This document shows, one piece after another, positions 46,168-52,313 of a DNA stretch of 52,313 nucleotides; positions within the stretch are counted from its first letter, which is position 1, and each line of letters starts with the position of its first letter. The stretch spans positions 1 through 52,313 of the IMG/VR virus record IMGVR_UViG_3300009494_000005. One strand, given 5' to 3'. The notes beneath the pieces are model-generated. The model had not been told where the DNA came from. It did no database searches and saw nothing but the letters and a program-made list of their open reading frames with translations. This DNA is from a virus. Taxonomy: Duplodnaviria > Caudoviricetes. The position numbers were made by a program, and so were the translations under genes.

Positions 46168-46713
46168 ATGGCCTACATGACCCACGCGCGGACCTATCAA
46201 ACGGCAGGTTCCCGACAGGGGGTCGCCTTTGTCATGGACAAGGGCGATCTGCTCAAGTTCTCCTCCCTGCTCAACACGCTGAAAATCAACGTGGCGAACC
46301 CCGAGCCGTTCCTGACCCTCGCGGGGGAAGCGGTCAGGATCGAAACGCTCAAGTCGTTCTCGCTCCAAGCGGAACCCCAGCACCGCCGGCCGTGGAAACC
46401 TCTGGCTCCCGCCACGGTCGCCGGCCGGCGCAAGGGCAAGCGGAAGCAGTCGGCACGGTTCAGCGCGAAGATCCTCATGGACACCGGCCGGCTTCGCGGT
46501 TCGATCACCACGAAGAAGTCAATGCTCCCGCCGACCGTCTGGATCGGCACGAACATCATCTACGCGAGGACTCATCAGTTCGGAGATCCGGGGCGCAACA
46601 TCGTCGCGCGGCCGTTCCTGCCGACAGGCTGGACCGCCCCGCTTTCGATGCGGATAACGCGCGCCCTCAAGGCGCAGGTCAAGCAACGCGGCGCGGGCCG
46701 CTATGTGAGGTAG
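46168..46713 (+). CDS. Virion morphogenesis protein (gpG-like), copy B
   Basis: Ortholog of 4545-5072. Confidence 0.85.
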   Translation: MAYMTHARTYQTAGSRQGVAFVMDKGDLLKFSSLLNTLKINVANPEPFLTLAGEAVRIETLKSFSLQAEPQHRRPWKPLAPATVAGRRKGKRKQSARFSAKILMDTGRLRGSITTKKSMLPPTVWIGTNIIYARTHQFGDPGRNIVARPFLPTGWTAPLSMRITRALKAQVKQRGAGRYVR

Positions 46714-46716
46714 ACG

Positions 46717-47073
46717 ATGCCTAGTCAGGACATTCTGGAGTGGTTGTCGGACCACGGCATGACCGAGGTGTTCACCAGCAACGCCATCGACAACCCTACG
46801 AGCGGGGAGGGCGCGGTTCTGTTCCAGCACACCGCGACGGAGGCGATCCTGACCCTCCGGTTCACGTTCGTCAACGACTCGACGAACGCCGTGATCTACG
46901 CGATCCGGCTCGACGGTGTTGACGTTCTCAAGCCCGTCGCGCACCCGAACCTGACCGAACCGGTCAGCCTCGTCGTCCCGGTCGAGGTGGGTCAGACGAT
47001 TCTCGTCGGGGCCCTAGCGGACCCGGACGCGAATGGGACTAGCCGCGTCGTAGTGGAGTACCTCAAGGGGTGA
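46717..47073 (+). CDS. Hypothetical virion protein, copy B
   Basis: Ortholog of 5075-5431. Confidence 0.75.
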   Translation: MPSQDILEWLSDHGMTEVFTSNAIDNPTSGEGAVLFQHTATEAILTLRFTFVNDSTNAVIYAIRLDGVDVLKPVAHPNLTEPVSLVVPVEVGQTILVGALADPDANGTSRVVVEYLKG

Positions 47074-47094
47074 TTCTGGCGGGAGGTCGCGGTC

Positions 47095-47775
47095 GTGGCT
47101 GAGACTCGGTTCGACCCGCATGTGTGGGGTTGGATAAAGAAGAACAACGGCACGACGGTGGTCTACGACCAGACCGGCGGCGACTTCAACCCCAATGTGT
47201 CGCAGGACGACGGCGCAGGCTACAAAAAACGAGCGTACTTTTCATTCGACACGTCAGCGATCCCGGCGGGTGCGACGATCGACTCGGCGGTGCTGGCTTT
47301 CAAGTTCAGCATAGTGGCAGAACCCGTCGGATTCAGCGGGACGTGGCAATTCAGCTTCTACTACGACCACGACCGGATTGGCTCTACGCTGTCGGCGGAC
47401 GATTGGGGTTTCCCTGATCTAGCGGGCACGAAATCGTGGCCGTCGACGCCGTCAACGTGGGTAGAGTACGAGGCGACACTCGTAGTTGCTTCGGTCAACA
47501 AGAACGGAGACACGGACATAGAAGCGCGATGCACGGGGGCATACACCGATCCCGAGGGTCCGGTTCAGTGGAGATTCGTCGCACGGCGATCGCCGCCCAT
47601 CGTGCATCATGTTTATCTGACCGTGACATACACTGTGCCAGCCGGGCTGTTCAACCGATGGAACTGGAAGCTCCCGGCTCTCCCGGGTTTCTCGTCAGTG
47701 ATCGGGACCGTCGTCCTTGCGTCGGGCGACCTCCAAGTGGTCGAGCGGTTCTATCCGCGGACGGTGGAGGCGTGA
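47095..47775 (+). CDS. Variable DNRLRE-like virion protein, copy B
   Basis: RAYFSFDTSAIPAGATIDSAVL, positional ortholog of 5453-6136. Confidence 0.55.
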   Translation: MAETRFDPHVWGWIKKNNGTTVVYDQTGGDFNPNVSQDDGAGYKKRAYFSFDTSAIPAGATIDSAVLAFKFSIVAEPVGFSGTWQFSFYYDHDRIGSTLSADDWGFPDLAGTKSWPSTPSTWVEYEATLVVASVNKNGDTDIEARCTGAYTDPEGPVQWRFVARRSPPIVHHVYLTVTYTVPAGLFNRWNWKLPALPGFSSVIGTVVLASGDLQVVERFYPRTVEA

Positions 47776-47776
47776 C

Positions 47777-48427
47777 ATGCAGATCGTCAAGCAGAGCGTA
47801 GCGCGGGACATCCCTTGCCTCCTCATCGACCTCGACGGCTCGACGCCCGACACGGGCGTTGTCGCGGGTTCGGTGACGATTAGCTCCCGCAAGGAGGGCG
47901 CGTCGGCGTGGACCGCCAAGACCGCAACCGGCAACTGGACCGAGGTGGGCAAGGGCGCATACCTAATCTCGTGGTCGACGACGGACCTCAACACCGTCGG
48001 CCGCTTCGACTTCGTGGTGGAGGTGTCGGGCGACATCAACTACTACGGGTCGCTCGTCGTGAGTGCGAACCTCCTCGACGACCTCGCAACCGACATCGGC
48101 GCGCTCAACGACCTCGCGCTCACGGACATCCTGTCAGACTCGACGGCCTTCGCGGGAGCCAACATCGCGGCGATTGTCAGCGCGATCGCGGCACTGGAGA
48201 ACATCAGCGCGGCCGACGTCGACGCGGAGTTGATCATCGCCCACGGACCGGGTAGTTGGGAGGGCGGCGGTGCCGCACCGACAGTCGCGGCGATTGCGGA
48301 GGCGGTGCACGACGTCAAGGTGACATTCAACAAGACCACCGGCGGCCTCGTAATCACCATGGCCGACGACACCCCGTTGACGTCCGTGACCATCACCGAC
48401 ACGGCCGGGGAGGTGACGCGCGAATGA
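47777..48427 (+). CDS. Hypothetical virion protein, copy B (shorter middle)
   Basis: Ortholog of 6138-6875. Confidence 0.65.
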   Translation: MQIVKQSVARDIPCLLIDLDGSTPDTGVVAGSVTISSRKEGASAWTAKTATGNWTEVGKGAYLISWSTTDLNTVGRFDFVVEVSGDINYYGSLVVSANLLDDLATDIGALNDLALTDILSDSTAFAGANIAAIVSAIAALENISAADVDAELIIAHGPGSWEGGGAAPTVAAIAEAVHDVKVTFNKTTGGLVITMADDTPLTSVTITDTAGEVTRE

Positions 48428-49236
48428 GCCACGACCCCGTAGGGCTGATGACTGACGGCCTCGCCTCGGGCTTCAACACCTCCTTTCTCAACTACTGCCC
48501 CGTGATGGTGCGGGTCATAGGGGAGGACGGGGCGGCGATCTCCGGCGCAACGGTCACGATAGGGTCGACCGCTCTGACGACTGACGGGAGCGGTCTGATC
48601 ACAGAGACTGAGTTTGCGGCCGGCGCGTATTCCTTCCTCGTCGCCGCCCCGGGGCACCGGTCCGTGCTGTCGGAGGTGACGCTCGACGGCCGGCGGGATT
48701 GGACGATCCCGCTCAAACCGACGAGTTACCCGGGCACAATTCCCGAAATGATGGACGTGGTCGACGCGCTCAAGGCCGACCTCGACGCCGACCCGACGCT
48801 CACCGCGATGGACGGATGGCAACCGTGCCCTAGGTGCTACGACTCGACAATGCCCGACCTGTTCGGTGCGGGGCTCCGCACCGTCTACGTCTGCCCTATT
48901 CCCGACGAGCACAGGGAAGGCGCGAGCGAGGGGCTACGCGCCGACGGCACCGAGACTCAATCGTTCGGGGTCTATCGGCACGTCGCGCTGTACCCGTGCG
49001 TCACGATGGCCGGCAAAGGGTCAGCGGGGCTCCTCACGGACGACGAAGGGCTCGAAGCCATGACAGTGGCGGTGACGAACCTACTGCGATACAACGACCT
49101 CGACGGCCTCGTGGCGTGGATCGAGCGACCCATCGGCGTCCAGCGCGACGTCGGCACGCAGGAGCACGGCGGGCTGTTCTATCACAAGCTCAACCGTGTT
49201 ATGCTCCGCGCGTTCGTCGGGCAGGACGAGACGTAG
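48424..49236 (+). CDS. Putative tail completion protein, copy B
   Basis: Ortholog of 6872-7690. Confidence 0.55.
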   Translation: MSHDPVGLMTDGLASGFNTSFLNYCPVMVRVIGEDGAAISGATVTIGSTALTTDGSGLITETEFAAGAYSFLVAAPGHRSVLSEVTLDGRRDWTIPLKPTSYPGTIPEMMDVVDALKADLDADPTLTAMDGWQPCPRCYDSTMPDLFGAGLRTVYVCPIPDEHREGASEGLRADGTETQSFGVYRHVALYPCVTMAGKGSAGLLTDDEGLEAMTVAVTNLLRYNDLDGLVAWIERPIGVQRDVGTQEHGGLFYHKLNRVMLRAFVGQDET

Positions 49237-49244
49237 GAGGGACC

Positions 49245-49418
49245 ATGAAGAACACACCGATGAGTTCCATGCACGCGCGGTGGAAGTGCGAGAGGGAAGC
49301 GAAGGCGGCCAAGCCGGCCGAGCCGGTTGCGCGGGGGACGACGTCCCGTGGGCCGGCAAACGAGGACCCGGGCACGGCGGCCGAGCCGGACCCGACAGGA
49401 GAGGAGGACGATAGCTAG
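49245..49418 (+). CDS. Small hypothetical protein, copy B
   Basis: Ortholog of 7699-7875. Confidence 0.7.
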   Translation: MKNTPMSSMHARWKCEREAKAAKPAEPVARGTTSRGPANEDPGTAAEPDPTGEEDDS

Positions 49419-49934
49419 ATGAGCGTCTCAAAGGACAACATCTGCAACGGCCCTAGCACCTGCTCGCTGAACATCGCGGCGGGCGGCCTTGTTGATGTTG
49501 GGGCCCTCGCACCCGGAGGCGTGACGATCACGCGCGAGCCGGAGATCCTCTTGATTCACCCGGAGCAGACCATGGGTCCGATCAAGGGGTATCCGACGAG
49601 CGAGTCGTATGTGATAGCGTTCACGATCTGGGAAATGACGACGCGAAACGTCGACCTCATGGTGTTCGGGGGCGACGGGAGCTACGACGCGACGCCGGCG
49701 GCGCCCGACGACTTTGGAGGCACCGACGAGTGCACCGAGGCGGTTCTGACGGTTTACGGAACCTGCCCCGGCCAGCTTCAGCGGGCGATCACGTTCAATC
49801 AGGCGATCCCCGTAGAGCCCGGCGACTGGGTTCAGTCCCGGGAAGCGGAGCACAACATCGGCGCGAAATGGCGATCTCTCTGCGACCCGGCCGACAACAC
49901 GATCGGGGCGATGGAGGACAGCCTGCCCGCGTAG
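49419..49934 (+). CDS. Major tail tube protein, copy B
   Basis: Ortholog of 7876-8391. Confidence 0.75.
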   Translation: MSVSKDNICNGPSTCSLNIAAGGLVDVGALAPGGVTITREPEILLIHPEQTMGPIKGYPTSESYVIAFTIWEMTTRNVDLMVFGGDGSYDATPAAPDDFGGTDECTEAVLTVYGTCPGQLQRAITFNQAIPVEPGDWVQSREAEHNIGAKWRSLCDPADNTIGAMEDSLPA

Positions 49935-49972
49935 CCTCCTCCTAAATCACGGCCGAAGAAGAAAGGCCGACA

Positions 49973-50578
49973 ATGGCACTGTGGCAAGAAAAACGAGGCT
50001 ATTGGTGCTGTTCGGATGTAAACCTCGTCGCCGCGATGATGGTCGAGAACTACGTCATCAAGGACGGCGTGATCGACGACACGGACGCACTCCCTCCGGT
50101 TGACCTCGCGTTCGCGTACATCGAACTCGTGCCGAGGAAGATTCCGAAGAAACGGCGACGAGGCACATCCGGCAAGAACCGGCTAGTCTACACCGGGCCC
50201 AACGAGGTCCGGCGTCGAGAACTCCGCGAGTGGAAACCTGTGATCATGTTTGCACTCGCGCCGTACGAGCACTCGCACCGGCTAGCCAACGCGAAGAAAG
50301 ACATGTGGTTCAACGGCACGTTGTTTAGCTCTCCCGTCTACGGCGTCCAGCACCACGCACTGATGCGGATAGTCGAGCAGATCCGGGAGGAGTTCGAGCG
50401 AAAAACCGGCCGACCGACGAGTCTCAAGAACAAGGCGTTCGCCGTGAACCTCATCGACGGCGTCGCGCGGTTGGCCCCCGAGAGGACAGAACTCTCGGCA
50501 GAAGCTAAGGAGATCCCGAGTGTCGCCATCAGAGGAGAAGAAGCCCGAATCGGAGCCCGCGGACTCATCCACAAGTAA
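49973..50578 (+). CDS. Conserved basic hypothetical protein, copy B
   Basis: Ortholog of 8431-9036. Confidence 0.75.
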   Translation: MALWQEKRGYWCCSDVNLVAAMMVENYVIKDGVIDDTDALPPVDLAFAYIELVPRKIPKKRRRGTSGKNRLVYTGPNEVRRRELREWKPVIMFALAPYEHSHRLANAKKDMWFNGTLFSSPVYGVQHHALMRIVEQIREEFERKTGRPTSLKNKAFAVNLIDGVARLAPERTELSAEAKEIPSVAIRGEEARIGARGLIHK

Positions 50579-51329
50579 GCCGCTGCTTCGCCGCGTTGTC
50601 GTGGAGGGAGAGGAGGGCGCAGCGTCGCCCGACACCCCGCCCGACAGGATCGTGAAGATCGAAGTCCCGCCGCCCGACGCACCGCCGGCCGGCGACGATC
50701 CGGTGATAGAGAAGAAGCCGAAGAAGAAGAGCGCATCGACGCTCAGGACCGAGCGGCTCAAGGCCGAGGTGGACGTGATCATCGAGGCCGGGACGTTCAA
50801 GGCGAAGCACGTCGCGGACCCGCTCATCATCAAGCCGATGGGCAAGTTCGTTGAGGTCGTGTCGGTCGCGTTCGCGGAGCTCATGGAGAAGGCCAAGACC
50901 CCGCCGATAGACACCTTCCAGTCTATCGTGCGCGACGAGCATCCCGACTGGCACCCCGACCGCGTCGCCGGCGTTGCGATTCAGCGGTTCGTGGCCGAGC
51001 GCGGGCAGTTGTCCGTGGTCGCGGCCGCGAAGGTGGCGGCCGAGTCGAATCTGATGTACGAGCTCGCCGGCCTCGCCGTGGAACACGACCGCGACTGGGC
51101 CGAGAAGAACCTCATGCCGGGTGAGGCCATGCGGATCACGCGGGCCGCGCTCGAGATCGGTGAGGTTCGGGACTACTTGGGGGAATCCCTCTCGATCCTC
51201 GGAACAGAGGTAGTGGAGGAGGTCGACGAGGAGGAGGATGGAGCCGAAACGCCGTCGCCGTCGGGCGTCGCGTCAGAGGTGCCGTCGTCAGACTCTACGG
51301 CCTCGGGCACGGAGGATTTGAGCAGCTAG
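50520..51329 (+). CDS. Tail assembly chaperone, copy B
   Basis: Ortholog of 8978-9802, slippery GGGGGAA at 51179-51185. Confidence 0.7.
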   Translation: MSPSEEKKPESEPADSSTSKPLLRRVVVEGEEGAASPDTPPDRIVKIEVPPPDAPPAGDDPVIEKKPKKKSASTLRTERLKAEVDVIIEAGTFKAKHVADPLIIKPMGKFVEVVSVAFAELMEKAKTPPIDTFQSIVRDEHPDWHPDRVAGVAIQRFVAERGQLSVVAAAKVAAESNLMYELAGLAVEHDRDWAEKNLMPGEAMRITRAALEIGEVRDYLGESLSILGTEVVEEVDEEEDGAETPSPSGVASEVPSSDSTASGTEDLSS

Positions 51330-51622
51330 AAGCCCGGGACGTGATCGAGGGCTATCTCACCGCCAAGGCTGTCACGAAGGAGGACACATTCCATGCCGGC
51401 GTCGCCGTTGCTTGCGGATCGACCGGCAGGATCGCAGAGCTAGCGGCGTATCTGACGGGCGGCGACCCGAACACGGTTCACGCTCCTGACGAGATCGACG
51501 CGGCCGACAAACCGGAACCCTTCCTCCGGCGCATACTCCAGACGCCCGGGGAGCACGTCGAGGTGGCTATGACACCCGACGGCCAGTACGACCTCGCGGC
51601 ATTCTTCGACGACGAGGAATAG
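51179..51622 (+). CDS. -1 frameshift extension of chaperone, copy B
   Basis: Open -1 frame that includes track ORF 51341-51622. Confidence 0.8.
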   Translation, partial: GGIPLDPRNRGSGGGRRGGGWSRNAVAVGRRVRGAVVRLYGLGHGGFEQLEARDVIEGYLTAKAVTKEDTFHAGVAVACGSTGRIAELAAYLTGGDPNTVHAPDEIDAADKPEPFLRRILQTPGEHVEVAMTPDGQYDLAAFFDDEE

Positions 51623-51626
51623 CAAC

Positions 51627-52313
51627 GTGCCAGCTGTGGGTTTCGGTGGACAGATGGCCCTCCGTACGGCCGTCACTCTTGGCAACAAGCAGTTTCTCAA
51701 GAGCATCGACCAGATGGAGCGGCGCATGGGCGGCTTTACTGCGTTCATGCACCGCTCCTCGCGCACGATGGGTGCCGGGGCACTCGCCATAGGTGCGGGC
51801 CTCGGGCTCGCCACGAAGGCGGCCGCTGACTTCGAGCAGTCGATGGCAAACATGGACTCCGTCGCCAACACCACCGGCGCGGAGTTCGGCCGGTTGAAGC
51901 AGCTTGCGTTCGACATGAGCACGACGACGATGCGATCTGCGACCGAGGCGGCGGGGGCGATGTATGAGCTTGCGTCGGCCGGCCAACGGGCCGGGCAGAT
52001 CTACTCCACGCTCCCGTCCGTGATCAAACTCGCAGACGCTACGCAGTACGGGCTTTCGGAAACGACCTCGACTGTCGTTGCCACGATGAACGCCTTTGGT
52101 CTGGAGGCGTCCGACACCGAGCGGATCGTCAACGTCATGGCGGCCTCCATCGGCGGCTCGATGGCCAAGATGGACAAGCTGTCGAACTCGTTCTCCTACA
52201 TCGGGCCCGTGGCGCGATCCGCAGGACTGAGCATCGAGGAAACGTCGGCCGCGCTGATGGTCCTCTACAACGCCGGCCTTGACGGGTCGGCCGCCGGCAC
52301 GACGCTACGCCGA
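51627..52313 (+). CDS. Tape measure protein, copy B (partial, runs off the window)
   Basis: GTG start, colinear with 10097-10783. Confidence 0.9.
   Translation, partial: MPAVGFGGQMALRTAVTLGNKQFLKSIDQMERRMGGFTAFMHRSSRTMGAGALAIGAGLGLATKAAADFEQSMANMDSVANTTGAEFGRLKQLAFDMSTTTMRSATEAAGAMYELASAGQRAGQIYSTLPSVIKLADATQYGLSETTSTVVATMNAFGLEASDTERIVNVMAASIGGSMAKMDKLSNSFSYIGPVARSAGLSIEETSAALMVLYNAGLDGSAAGTTLRR

Larger units (their letters stand above)
41656..52313 (+). repeat. Copy B of diverged direct repeat (second, related phage structural block, truncated by window end)
   Basis: Each gene matches copy A with many synonymous and some amino-acid differences, and frames are intact. Confidence 0.97.

Noticed and set aside
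41656-52313. Direct terminal repeat or circular-assembly overlap
   Set aside because: The copies differ at many positions and have indels, whereas a terminal redundancy would be essentially identical.
1-52313. tRNA, rRNA, attL/attR or host genes
   Set aside because: None recognised by eye. tRNAscan-SE and flanking sequence would be needed to exclude them.

Overview
The window is entirely tailed-phage DNA (GC-rich, all credible genes on the + strand). It holds one full gene cycle of about 41.65 kb (1-41655) followed by about 10.7 kb (41656-52313) that repeats 1-~10783 gene for gene but is clearly diverged, so it is not a terminal repeat. The phage has a Mu-like head (TerS, TerL, portal-gpF fusion, gpI-type protease with nested scaffold, cement, MCP, gp36- and gpG-like neck) and a non-contractile tail (tube, -1 frameshifted chaperone, 810 aa tape measure, Dit-like, hub with NHL propeller). 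It also has a holin/amidase lysis cassette, an early region of small unknown genes and a modification cluster (sulfotransferase, methyltransferase, GT2, GT4, ParB-N, radical SAM, ASCH). I recognise no integrase, transposase, helicase, primase or polymerase. The most striking signals are non-coding. First, a bacterial-chromosome-style oriC at 24924-25132 (AT tract, (TAG)5 DnaA-trios, paired DnaA boxes, IHF-like site, two opposed phased DnaA-box arrays) suggests replication by host DnaA. Second, four sigma54-type -24/-12 promoters, each with tandem GC-N5-GC enhancer-like boxes about 100-135 bp upstream, occur although no phage-encoded activator is visible. All calls come from motif reading and synteny, not from database searches.
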